DNA of 64,000 nucleotides, taken from assembly GCF_001194135.2 (NCBI RefSeq), contig NC_068984.1, positions 60,224,607-60,288,606 on the forward strand, given 5' to 3'. Position numbers and translations under genes: made by a program. Below the pieces are notes generated by a model. It was not told where the DNA came from. It was given only the letters and a program-made list of their open reading frames with translations, and searched no databases. This document shows, one piece after another, positions 11,300 to 23,955 of the stretch (the first letter of the stretch is position 1; the number at the start of each line of letters is the position of its first letter). Origin of the DNA: Octopus bimaculoides (Eukaryota).

Positions 11300-12520
11300 G
11301 CCTAAAATACTATGCTATCTGTTCTTTTCAACTATCTAATACTTTCCTGATTATTCTGGCTGTGTTAAGGAGGCTAACCTTTTGTAACAGTTCTACTGGG
11401 CACTCTATTCCGATTTCCTTTATATTCCTCTTGATGCCCTTTGATACTGTTCCCAAGGGTCCAACAATAATTGGCGCTATCTCCACCTTCTTCATTTTCT
11501 GTAGCTGGGCTTTTTCATATTTAATTATCACGTTCATATCAATTCTTATGCATTGTCATATCAAAGTATGAACATATTGTTCACTGGACATAGCAACCAA
11601 CTTGTATTTGTGACTATACTTGGATTGGACAGATGGAAATAATATGCTCAGTTAATAATATAGTCACATAGTTTTTACATATTGTTAGGATTCCTTTTGC
11701 TATTTTGTTTTTCGTAATTTTTCTTTTGTGGTTAGGCATTGGCTTCTGTGCAGTTAAAATCAGACCTGTTTCTGCTTTAAGCCCAAAGCTTTTGAGCCTT
11801 TGTTGGTTTTCACTCAGGCTTTTTCTATGCTGAGTTTTGCAGAATATAGGCACAATCTTACTCACTGGTTTTTTTCTTTAATATATCACTAGTTGATGTA
11901 CTTTGATGATATTGGAACTGCTTTATTATTATGGAATGTGTGCTATATCTGAGTAACCAAGAATATGGTGGGGATTTATCTCCCTGCTATTGATATAAAC
12001 AAGAGTGCATTTTGCTCTAAAAGCCAATGAGAATTTTTTCTCATGGTATCTGCTACACTATAGTTCATTCTAACAGAACATCTATGTTTAAGTGGGGATA
12101 AATGTTACCTCAAGAATATGGCATATTACCAATTGTTTTTTGGTTATCAATCCAAACCATACTCAGGTTTGTCTTCCTTATTTTGTTTCCTGTCTTCTAT
12201 AATAGCTTGGTTAACTTGTAGCTGCGCTATAAAGCCATATATTCCTTTGTGGTATTCTTTTAGCTCTTCTGGTAATATATGATTGCTCTTCTAGTGAGTA
12301 ACCTGCCTGTTGTAGAGTATGGGTGGAAGGCCTTTTTATGTTGTTAGGGGTTTCTGGTGTTTTTGTGTTTAGGAATCAATAATTTTCATTCAAGCAGTCA
12401 TTCACATGTTGAGTCTGCTCTACTTAAGAATTTATTGAATGTTTCCACCACCATTATTCTGTGGCTGCTGCGGCACAAAATGAGTGAATTTGTGGAACTG
12501 GAAGAGCAAGATCTGAATTC
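11300..12520 (-). mobile_element. R4/NeSL-like (restriction-like endonuclease) non-LTR retrotransposon remnant
   Basis: Fragments in order: KGIYGFIAQLQVNQAIIED / NLSMVWIDNQK (RT), GLKAETGLILTAQ..C..C...EHIISIC (CCHC), KVEIAPIIVGPLGTVSK..LLQKVSLLNTARIIRKVLDS* (RLE C-terminus). Many stops and frameshifts and a large internal deletion. Confidence 0.85.
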
Positions 12521-13090
12521 TTTAGCATTTTGTTTTGTCTTTGAATGTGATGTGTTCAAATTCTACCAAATTTATGTCATTCTTCAGTGATTAATTATTA
12601 TCGATAGCAGTAATCTACTAGGACCATTTCAGATGCACTGTACCTCTCTATTTCCACAACTGGCCCTATGCCCAACTGAATAAGAAACTGTACTTTCTCA
12701 AAATTCACAAACTTGCTTTGTTAATTGAAGATGATGCCAAGGGCCATTGTATTTAATAGAGCTTGTAGCACCACTAAGCTATTTGACATGTTGATGATGA
12801 AATGGAAGTAGACAAGCTTAATATATCAGTTGTCTCATTTCCCTTTTCCACATCTTCATTGTCAGAATTGGAAACTTTTTAATAACTGTTGGTTTTCACG
12901 ACTTACTAACTTCGTTGTCGTAGCATGAAGACATTTATCTTTGTTAACCCGTTTATGTGGTTTCAAAATTAATTTAGTTGCTCAGAAAGCTTATTGAAAA
13001 TTTTGATGGATTACTTAATTACCTTCATTAATATCGCTGTCAACCGAAATCTAATCTTGTTTAGTCTATGATAGAATTTTTCTATGGTTG

Positions 13091-13104
13091 AAAAGATGGC
13101 GGCT
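13091..13104 (+). promoter_or_regulatory. YY1-type motif AAGATGGCGGC in unique sequence
   Basis: aaaagatggcggct matches the YY1 consensus, and the preceding 200 bp has several CpGs. No other promoter evidence. Confidence 0.25.
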
Positions 13105-13457
13105 AGACTTGCCAGAAGAAAATCAAAATTAAGAAAAGAAGAAAAAATAAAAAAAACACAGAAAGAGGAAAGAAAGAAAAGAAAAGGAAGATAATTTGGC
13201 TTTGTTAAATGTTATAAAGCATTGCAATATTTCACTGAAATTATTTCTTTGAGGTTTGTTTGTTTGTTTATTTATTTTAAATTTTGGTGAAAATTCTACC
13301 AAATTGATTTGTTTGTTTAAAAGAGATATCATTTTGAGAAGAAAGACGGTTGAATGTTTCTAGGAATTTTATAATGATTGCACAGATTACTTGCATGTAT
13401 TAACTTCAGTGGCTTCAGTTTTGTGTACAATTAATTATTATTTAGTCTATAAATAAT

Positions 13458-13507
<50 letters not shown>

Positions 13508-15667
13508 TATTGGTTGTTTGTGTGATTTTTGTTCTTTTCTGTTTAATATTATGACAAAATAGACAACTGGTATAACATATTGAATTACCAGCTCATATAG
13601 CACGAACATTGTGTATGTATATCAATTCTCTGTAGGTTGGAAAATTAATTAATTTTTTTGTATGCTTCAATTCACTTAGCTTTTGAGAACACGAACCAGA
13701 TTTCTGGGAGTTTATTTGTGATAGATTAGCATTCCTTCCTTGTCTGCTTATGATTTCCTTGTCTTGTGTGCTTATATTATCCTCTTCATCCACTGCAAAG
13801 ATCTCGCTCATAACATGCCTCCTTAATTCATAGAGACATCAGTTATTTCTCATACTACATTAATCCAAGTGAAATGTTGGAATAGATATGATATTGGATT
13901 ACTAGCTCAGAGAACTCAAGTTCAAATCTAACTCAGAATTTCTTCTGAGTTCATGGGTAGTACATATAATTCCCTGCACCTCAATTTATCTACTTATTGG
14001 GAATAATTAACATTGTTGTGTGGTAAGAAGTTTGCTTCCCAACCACATGATTCCAAGTTCAGTCCCACTCTGTGGCACCCTTGACAAGTGTCTTATACTA
14101 TAGTCTTGAGCCAGCCAAAGTCTTGTAAGTAGATTTGGAGATGGAAACTTAAAATCTGTTGTATATGTATGTGTGTGCATATGTGTGTATGTATGTGTGT
14201 GTGTTCCTTACTACTGCTTGACAATCAGTGTTGGTTTTATGCACTTGAAACTTAGCAGTTGATCAAAATGACACCAATAGAATAAATAAAGAAAAATAAG
14301 TACTGGAGTCAATTCATTCAACTAATAAATTCTTCAAGGCGGTGCCCCAGCCTGGCCACGGTCTAATGACTAAAACATGGACAAGATTTATCTATGATAG
14401 ATTAACAAACTATTCAGATGAGATTTGCCTCTCATTTACTGAACAATTATTGCTGAGTGACTTTTGAGTTACTCAAATTGTTTTCGTTATCCTAATGTGT
14501 GTTTTAGACTCAAACATCTCCAAAGCTGCCTCATCTAGGGTGGGGATTTAGCAGAATCATTAGAGCACTGGAGAAATTACTTCTGATATTTAATTAATGC
14601 CATTACATTCCTGAGTTCAAATCTTGCCAAAGTCAATTTTGCCTTTCATCATTTTGGAATCGATAAAGTAAATATTAGTCAAGTATTTGGGGTTAATATA
14701 ATTGACTGTACAACTTTCCCAAATTCAAAATATTACACCTACATTACAAATCATTATTAGACTCATTTACCATGGCTTGATATACATTACATGCATTTTT
14801 ATTGTTCAAATCTATGCATTATATTTTGTCTAGCAAGAACTCAGCTTGCAATATAGTGTGTGTTATGCATAGTTACGGGTTGTAAGGCATAACATCCATT
14901 CAGTCCCACTGCCAGGGATGTGATGAAGTCATAGGACTGTAACATGGTGGATTGTAAAGAGGCAATGGAAGAGCTCAACTGGGCCAATGGTGCTGCTTAC
15001 ATTGATACTGAGCAGAGGAATCCTAGAAAAATCAACTCTCAGGATCACAAAGGTCTATCAAGAGAGTAACTGCAACACATCCATAGGGGCACTATCCATG
15101 GTTATGTAATCAGCTAATGAGAGATTCACTATGACTCAAGTTCCCAATTCAGATTCATAATAATGGAAATGGTAACTGAGTCATGGGAATTAGTGGAAGC
15201 AATGAAAAAAAAAAAAAAATTGCAGAGAAACTTTATTACATATTACATTGATAAAAAATAAGTACTGGTGTCAATAGATTCAACTAAAAATTATCCAAAG
15301 CAGTGCTCCAGCATGACCTTAGTCTAATGGCTGAAACAAGTAAACGATAAAAGAAAAGTTATATAGATGAAAGTATATACTTTTGTTTTGTCTGTCATTT
15401 TATCTATGGGTTGCGTATGTATGTGTATGTGTGTGTGTGTTTATTGTTGAATTTATGAAGTTTTCAGAACAATATATATATATATATGTGTGTGTGTGTA
15501 TGTATGTATGTATGTATGTATGTATGTGTATTTAATTATTTCTCTTCTAACTTTTCCACTGTTCTGGAGTTGAGTGCCACAAAGGGTAGCATCAATTCCT
15601 TGCATGCCAAACTATGTTGCTCATAGTCACAAGTCTTGTATCAATGAGATCTCACTTTACATTGCTA

Positions 15668-15718
<51 letters not shown>

Positions 15719-16846
15719 TTATTAATGTTCCAATTCTGATTTCCCTTGTGTCCCTAAATCAATAGATCCAAAGAAAACTTGATGGACATGAGCCAGTGAA
15801 GGAGCTTCTACACAGCCACTCAACCTGCCAGAAGTAGTTGCCAAAATCTCCCTGAAATCAAAGCCTGTGATCTTAAAATAAATATTGATTTAGTATTCAC
15901 ACTGAATAATGTCTTAATCTTAATCTGCTACTATAATTCCATTCACATTTAGTGTGTTTATAGGAATATTAAATCAGCACCAGAATTGGTGAGTAATTTA
16001 TTTTATCAACCCAGAATGCTTGGACATTTTTGAGGCTGTTGTTTTATGACTGTTTGCTCTTCTTGATGCTAACCTTTTCAGTCACCTCTTCCGAAACCAA
16101 AGATATTGGTGTATTGTATCAATTTTCTCTAAAAGCTGAAATACACTCACACTAATATACACACACACAAACATACACCCACACAAACATACCCCCCCNN
16201 NNNNNNNNNNNNNNNNNNNNNNNNNNNNNNNNNNNNNNNNNNNNNNNNNNNNNNNNNNNNNNNNNNNNNNNNNNNNNNNNNNNNNNNNNNNNNNNNNNNN
16301 NNNNNNNNNNNNNNNNNNNNNNNNNNNNNNNNNNNNNNNNNNNNNNNNNNNNNNNNNNNNNNNNNNNNNNNNNNNNNNNNNNNNNNNNNNNNNNNNNNNN
16401 NNNNNNNNNNNNNNNNNNNNNNNNNNNNNNNNNNNNNNNNNNNNNNNNNNNNNNNNNNNNNNNNNNNNNNNNNNNNNNNNNNNNNNNNNNNNNNNNNNNN
16501 NNNNNNNNNNNNNNNNNNNNNNNNNNNNNNNNNNNNNNNNNNNNNNNNNNNNNNNNNNNNNNNNNNNNNNNNNNNNNNNNNNNNNNNNNNNNNNNNNNNN
16601 NNNNNNNNNNNNNNNNNNNNNNNNNNNNNNNNNNNNNNNNNNNNNNNNNNNNNNNNNNNNNNNNNNNNNNNNNNNNNNNNNNNNNNNNNNNNNNNNNNNN
16701 NNNNNNNNNNNNNNNNNNNNNNNNNNNNNNNNNNNNNNNNNNNNNNNNNNNNNNNNNNNNNNNNNNNNNNNNNNNNNNNNNNNNNNNNNNNNNNNNNNNN
16801 NNNNNNNNNNNNNNNNNNNNNNNNNNNNNNNNNNNNNNNNNNNNNN

Positions 16847-16900
<54 letters not shown>

Positions 16901-17037
16901 CATGTATATATGAATACATATATGTGTATGTGTATGTGTGTGTATATATATATATAATATATATTTATATGTGTGTATGTATATGTATGTATTCACACAT
17001 ATGAATACATACATATATGTGTATGTGTGTATATGTG

Positions 17038-17139
<102 letters not shown>

Positions 17140-17161
17140 TGTATGTATATGTGTGTGTGTA

Positions 17162-17208
<47 letters not shown>

Positions 17209-17569
17209 ATGTGTATGTATGTATATACACGTATATGAATACACATACATGTGTGTGTGTATGTGTGTGTGTGTGTATGTGTGTGTGTGTGTGTGTTTGT
17301 ATGTGTTATATATGCATAGTATATCTTGTGTGTACATTTAGAGATATGACTGCTACCTCATGGAAAGCATCATCTTCCAGTCTACTTCCTGTAAAGTGGT
17401 GTAGTTACTACTGTGCCTAGTAGCATCACTTGTTATGAAATACAGAGCAAACATAGGAGACATTATGATTATACATATGTATGTATATATATATATATTT
17501 TGCTTAGGCATTGTGAAGTCAATAATCTGGAGTAGAACTCAATATATATATATATGCTTCAGAATGAAG

Positions 17570-17770
17570 CACTAGTTGAGTACACGGCAGTAATAAGAAA
17601 ATGGGATGACTGAGGAAAAAATGAGATTCTGAAGTCATCTGGACATTTCGAAGTCATCTGGAGGCTGTGGTTGAAGCCAATGGCAATTCTATTGAATAAA
17701 TTTACACTTTAGTATTTAAAAATATTTTTGTATAATTTTGGTAAATATATCTGTTAAAATGATATGTCAG
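17570..17770 (+). mobile_element. Tc1/mariner-superfamily transposase 3' fragment
   Basis: catctggaggctgtggttgaagccaatggcaattctattgaataa reads HLEAVVEANGNSIE*, a typical transposase C-terminus. Confidence 0.65.
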
Positions 17771-17822
17771 TGTTATTTTCATTTTTGCATAATTTAGACA
17801 ACAGTTTATTCACTGCACCCTC

Positions 17823-17871
<49 letters not shown>

Positions 17872-17980
17872 ATGCGTGCACCTTAGATCTGATAGCTTTA
17901 CATTATTGCCTCTATACCCACTCAACTTGGTCTCTCTTATATACACATAAATGTTTGTGTGCATGTATATGTGTGTGTAT

Positions 17981-18033
<53 letters not shown>

Positions 18034-18371
18034 CACACATACACATATATGCATATATGCAAGTATGTATGTATATATATATATATGCATGTACACAAGA
18101 TATGGATTTATTTAAACTGTACGTTTGTCTTGTGACTCAAGTTTCATGCCACTGTCATCTTCAGGCAAGAACTGATAGCACTCAGTGATGTATTTGTGTC
18201 CTCTGGTGTGTGAGCACCTGTCTGTGTGGTCTTGTGCTAGTGTTTGATCTTTGGTTTGGATTTCATGTCTATTGGGTGCTGTTTTTCAGGCCAGTGAAGC
18301 AGCCAAGAAAAACAGCATTCAATCAATAAATGCAGAATGCAAACCATTGAACAAACAGCAGCCCTAGACAA

Positions 18372-18409
<38 letters not shown>

Positions 18410-18455
18410 GAGAAATATAAATACACCACTAGTATTGAATTGTAACAATTCTCAC

Positions 18456-18552
18456 CTGAAGATCCCTTTAGTAGTAAACCCAGTTGCTGGACAAACATTC
18501 AGTTTAAGTACAACCATATCCTCTATATTATGAGCAGTCCTTTCCCATTCAT
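18456..18552 (-). CDS. Candidate internal coding exon, unknown gene (EWERTAHNIEDMVVLKLNVCPATGFTTKGIF)
   Basis: Strong acceptor ttgatttattccag and donor CAG|gtgaga. 97 nt with 31 open codons in non-repetitive sequence. Protein not recognised. Confidence 0.55.
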
Positions 18553-18978
18553 CTGGAATAAATCAATATCCATCCATCAATCAATCAATCAATTGATCAA
18601 TCCATCAATCATGGTTATTGTTTATAAAAGAATATCAACTCAAGAAAGAACTCAATAGAAATACCTGAGTAAACTTTTTATTGTGGCCAAAAATTCTGTA
18701 CAGTTGCTCAGAGTTTCATTTTTATATGTTGTTGAGCTGTATTTTATCTCTTACTTGTTTCAATCATTAGACTGTGGCCATGCTGGAGCACCACCTTGAA
18801 GAATTTTTAGTTGAATGAATCAACTCCAGTACTTATTTTTTTAAAGCCTGGTACTTATATTATTGGTCTCTTTTTGTCAGACTGCTAAGTTATAGGGATT
18901 TAAACACATCAACACTGTGTGTCAAGCAGTGACAGTGGACAAACACAAGCACAAAGACACTTACACACCTGCACACAC

Positions 18979-19034
<56 letters not shown>

Positions 19035-19753
19035 NNNNNNNNNNNNNNNNNNNNNNNNNNNNNNNNNNNNNNNNNNNNNNNNNNNNNNNNNNNNNNNNNN
19101 NNNNNNNNNNNNNNNNNNNNNNNNNNNNNNNNNNNNNNNNNNNNNNNNNNNNNNNNNNNNNNNNNNNNNNNNNNNNNNNNNNNNNNNNNNNNNNNNNNNN
19201 NNNNNNNNNNNNNNNNNNNNNNNNNNNNNNNNNNNNNNNNNNNNNNNNNNNNNNNNNNNNNNNNNNNNNNNNNNNNNNNNNNNNNNNNNNNNNNNNNNNN
19301 NNNNNNNNNNNNNNNNNNNNNNNNNNNNNNNNNNNNNNNNNNNNNNNNNNNNNNNNNNNNNNNNNNNNNNNNNNNNNNNNNNNNNNNNNNNNNNNNNNNN
19401 NNNNNNNNNNNNNNNNNNNNNNNNNNNNNNNNNNNNNNNNNNNNNNNNNNNNNNNNNNNNNNNNNNNNNNNNNNNNNNNNNNNNNNNNNNNNNNNNNNNN
19501 NNNNNNNNNNNNNNNNNNNNNNNNNNNNNNNNNNNNNNNNNNNNNNNNNNNNNNNNNNNNNNNNNNNNNNNNNNNNNNNNNNNNNNNNNNNNNNNNNNNN
19601 NNNNNNNNNNNNNNNNNNNNNNNNNNNNNNNNNNNNNNNNNNNNNNNNNNNNNNNNNNNNNNNNNNNNNNNNNNNNNNNNNNNNNNNNNNNNNNNNNNNN
19701 NNNNNNNNNNNNNNNNNNNNNNNNNNNNNNNNNNNNNNNNNNNNNNNNNNNNN

Positions 19754-19788
<35 letters not shown>

Positions 19789-20750
19789 ATTAACTACCAA
19801 CAAAAATAATTGGTAAGCTAACTCAAAAAATCATCACCAAAATAGCAGAAAAAAACGACAGTGAAGGTATGTAGACTCTTCAAGAATCGATCCTTTTAGT
19901 TATATTAATAATAATAAAGAGTTTATGACGCAAAAAAGTATATATTTAAATAAACATATTTATCTTCTTCAATATATATTTCAGTATAAAGAATTCATTA
20001 AGAGACTTAATAAATCAAAATTTCTTTACACATCTTCAGGAAAAATAAATATAACACCAGAAAACTACATTATATATATATAAATCCACTCATAAGGATT
20101 TGGTCAGCTTGAGGCCTAGTAGAAAACACTTGCCTGAGGTACTGAGCTGTGGGACTGAACCCGGAATCATATGGTCGGGAAGCAAGCTTCTTACTACTCA
20201 CCCATGCTTGCATCTATGAAGAGTTTTTAAAAACATTTATAAATACAGATGGTAAACATAGTGCAGAGAAATGTAGCAACAGAAAAGTGGGAGGGAGGGA
20301 AATGGCAACAAGAACAAAAGCAACATAATATGGTGTAGAACCTGAATGAAGGAGAGACAGTATGGAATGAATTTTGTGGGAGTGAAAATGGTGAACAGGA
20401 AGGGAGTAAAGATATTTATTGAGTCAATCATAAGAGCCTATAATTAATAATTTAAACATTTTAAAAAAGTGAAATAAAGATAAATTATTGGTTAAGCTAT
20501 AAAAGGAACATTCCAATCAATATATTATTTGCTTTGGCATCAGTCAAAAAAAGAGATGCAATTCATCAGCATAGTTAAAAAGCTATACATTCATTTTGTT
20601 TTCTGCCAATACATAAGATCAGCATATTCATCATCATGATCATCATCATCAACAACCCCTCCTCCATTACCTCTATATTCCCACCATCATAACCCCACCA
20701 TCAACTACACCAGTACCCCCATCACTCTCGCCGTCCTCAGCATCATTTAA

Positions 20751-21819
20751 CCCTTTCGTTACTAAATCGGCCGTGGCCGGCCGAAAAAAGTTTTGGTTCA
20801 TAAGACTAACCCGGCCGTAGCCGGCCAAGCGTACCCATTGTTATTTAAATGTATATTTGAACCCAAATCTCGTTAGTACATTCGTTAAAACACCTGATTT
20901 CACTTTGCAAACAGTTTAGTTATTGTCTCCGACATTGTTTGGCGTGATATTCGAACTCAGTGAATTTTGAAAGATTTTTTTCCACATTTTTTGCGGCGTT
21001 GATTTTTTTCAACTTTGAAGATGGAGAGGAGTTTCATGCTATCAAGCAGTGATTCCGAATTTGAAGGTTTTTCAACAGAAAATATGGAGATATCGAAGAA
21101 AAGAATGAATGAGCTACAAAAGCACGTGGTGAATGATAATAAATCGGATATTTCTGTATCCGAAACTGAAATCAGCGATTCTGAAAGCAGCGACGGCGAC
21201 AGCGAGGATGATTTTACACCAGAATGGAGTAAAAACTTAAAAAAACGTTTTTATTAACAATTTTTCTGAGGAAACAGGGTCTACCCATAGTGTTTCTCAG
21301 GAAGCGAAACAATTAGGCTTCTTTTTCATGCTTGTTTGAAATGATTACTGTGGAAACAAACCGTTACACAGAATGTAAACAAACCGGAAAAAAAAGATAG
21401 CTTGCGGTTTCCTGCAACTGTAGATGAAATACAGGTATTTTTTGTCATAAATATTATTATGGGTATTAGACAGTTACCCAGAATAACAAATTAGTGGAGC
21501 GATCAGGAACCTTTTGGCGATGAATATATTTCCAGTATTATGAACGAGTATGATTTGTGAAGCTGAACCAATATTTACATGTGAGAGACACTAGCAGTAC
21601 CCCCCCCCCCCAGTACGTGGGGAACTTTGAGACTAAAATTATGCAATAGAATTGATTAAGAACCCTTTCTTTAATTATGTTCCAAATATCACATTAATAT
21701 GTTGATAAATAAAAAAGTTACAGGTGTTTAATGAGACTAGTCTAAATTCTTGATTATTTTAGAATTTAATTAAAACTCATGAGCGGTGTATTTTGGTCAG
21801 AAATATAGTAACGAAAGGG
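20751..21819 (+). mobile_element. Internally deleted piggyBac transposon
   Basis: TTAA TSDs (20747-20750, 21820-21823) and perfect 14-bp TIRs CCCTTTCGTTACTA. Acidic N-terminus ORF 21015-21257, then TVETNRY..FFVINIIMGIRQLPRITN*WS..LNQYLHVRD (DDE_Tnp_1_7/PGBD4-like) with stops and frameshifts. Confidence 0.93.
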
Positions 21820-21823
21820 TTAA

Positions 21824-21952
21824 ACCGTTAGCATTTAAATAGGTCATATCTGGCTCAAATGTTCATTTTGTGTTCAAACCAACCAAATCTGGCCTCTTTC
21901 ATCTACCCTACAATTTCATTATATTTCTCAGAGTAATCTGAATACTAAAGGG
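21824..21952 (+). mobile_element. Shortened piggyBac-type MITE abutting the piggyBac
   Basis: accgttagcattt ... aatactaaaggg followed by TTAA (21953-21956). Homologous to 1072-1273. Confidence 0.75.
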
Positions 21953-22109
21953 TTAACATTCGTGTTTCATATAGGCACAGGTTGGATAGTTAGGTGAGAT
22001 CTGATGGTCTCAAAAGCTGCATCATACTCCATTGTTTATTTTGGCATGGTTTCTATGGCTATATGCCTTTTCACCATTCAGGACATTTTAAAACTTTCAT
22101 TATTTAGAT

Positions 22110-22442
22110 CAGTGGTTCTCAATCCGGGTCCATATGACTCCTGAAAATCTATATAAGATTTTTGTGAGTCCACTAAACAAAATAGTAAATTGGGGATTTT
22201 AAGGGCCCCTGTAAAAATTTTACTTTAGACTTATGTGTTGGTATGTATTGCAAGAAAGAGCTAGATTTCTTTCTGTAACATTTTACATAGTTAAACCTAC
22301 ACAAGTCAGTGTGTGAAAAACTAACCAGGAATTTTGAAAGAAGTTTCTATAAAACTAGTTTTTAAACATCAAATGGCTATGGAGGCCCACCAAAATAAAA
22401 TAGTAATCAAAAGAAGTCCATGGATAAGAAATGGTTGCCAGT
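22110..22442 (+). mobile_element. hAT/Charlie-like MITE (right end degenerate)
   Basis: Starts cagtggttctcaa, a typical hAT-Charlie terminus. The right end aaatggttg is only a partial match and no TSD is seen. Confidence 0.45.
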
Positions 22443-23239
22443 TATTTTTGAAATTTAATACTGAACCAATTCTGTTTGCTAATCATAATTTTATCTAGTT
22501 TTATCATTCACTTCAAATATAAACCATTATATACAGTATAGTATCTTAATGTAACAGCTATCTAATGTGCTTATGTCCCCTGATCAAAAATTAGGAAGAA
22601 GGTTATACACAGCTTGTGTGTAATCTTCTTCCTAATTCTTGAACTCAGTGTGGAGTGTAGGTTATTAACAAGATATATCCATCAATCTCTTGTATCTGCC
22701 ATGTACACTACAGATTTCTGTGGTACTGGTGAAGATAGGGTAGCCATAACCCCTCTAATGCTGGTGCCATGATGGAAAGCATTAGTACACTCTATAAAGT
22801 CGTTGGTGATAGGAAGTGCGTTTAGTCAAAGAAAGTTTCCCCAAAATGCAATGTTTTCATGAGATATAGTCCTGGATCCATCTAGAATAGATAAAAACTG
22901 ACACTGTCCATAATGACCCGCTCAACCTATGACAACATGAACAAGTGGACATATGATGAAGAAGATAATGATGATGATGAAGATAATGATGATGATGAAG
23001 ATAATGATGATGATGACACCCATGCACGCACTCTTTTATTCTTCTTGTTTCAACCATTTGGCTTTGACCATGCTGAGGTACCGCTATGGAAATATACTTT
23101 TGTTTATATTTTCAGAAAATTAAGATTAATAATAGTGATTAATATTACTGTGAATTTTAAATCCATCACTAGAGGGAATTTTTTTTTTTTGTCCTAGATG
23201 CAAAATTCCATAGTTTTCTTTTTTCGCATGCTTCCATAG

Positions 23240-23335
23240 TTGTTCTTGCACATGTTCTTGTGTCAGGATTGACCTTACAGACCTTTATTTCTCAGAGAAT
23301 TCCACTGCAATTATTATCTACTATGCAACGGACAA
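23240..23335 (+). CDS. Candidate exon 1 of speculative plus-strand chain
   Basis: Acceptor ttttcttttttcgcatgcttccatag, donor CAA|gtaata. Phase-compatible with 23394-23425, 24877-24920, 26662-26726. Confidence 0.25.
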
Positions 23336-23549
23336 GTAATAGAAAGAAATACATGTCAATTTAAGTGACATTTCAATTTATTTTTTTCAATAGTTTTAGC
23401 CATATTGGACTGAACTTGGCGCTAGGTTTATTGATTATGTTTACATGTAGAGCTATATGCATGTATGTGTCTCTACAGCATAAAATTTCTATTATTGACA
23501 AAGAATTGCAGTGAAGACCACAGAAAATAACATAATTGTGTTGTATAGG

Positions 23550-23780
23550 CCATTGAGGAGTCCTCTATGTGGTTGTTGAACCTATTAAAAAAATAGCAGC
23601 CAAATCCCCTTTAGAGCCACACCTCATAGTATAAAATAAAAATGGATACGTTGTATGATGTAATTATAGAATAATTGTATCTGATAAACAAACAGGATGT
23701 GATAGATGTAATACAAATGCTTTCTGGTTGTAAGGTCAGCATGACCAGAGTAGACCTGGGGCTAAACAACAACAACAGCT
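23550..23780 (+). mobile_element. Dispersed SINE-like repeat family D with (CAA)n tail
   Basis: gtcctctatgtgg...atagcagccaaatccc...gacctggggctaaacaacaacaac. Related pieces at 3600-3760, 15790-15900, 45620-45710, 46260-46350, 54100-54300. Confidence 0.55.
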
Positions 23781-23920
23781 ACAGCAATTACAGCATTACT
23801 GAGTTAGGTTATTGTATACATACACAGAATGCTGTCATGCATTTGAAAAAACAGCTGTTTGTAATAATTGCTTAGAATCTTGGAGACTGTGATCTCTAAG
23901 GTCACTCAATCAATGCTCCC

Positions 23921-23955
<35 letters not shown>

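Noticed and set aside
13593-13811. 72-aa minus-strand ORF MSEIFAVDEEDN...
   Set aside because: No recognisable homology and only weak splice sites, so it cannot be distinguished from a chance ORF.
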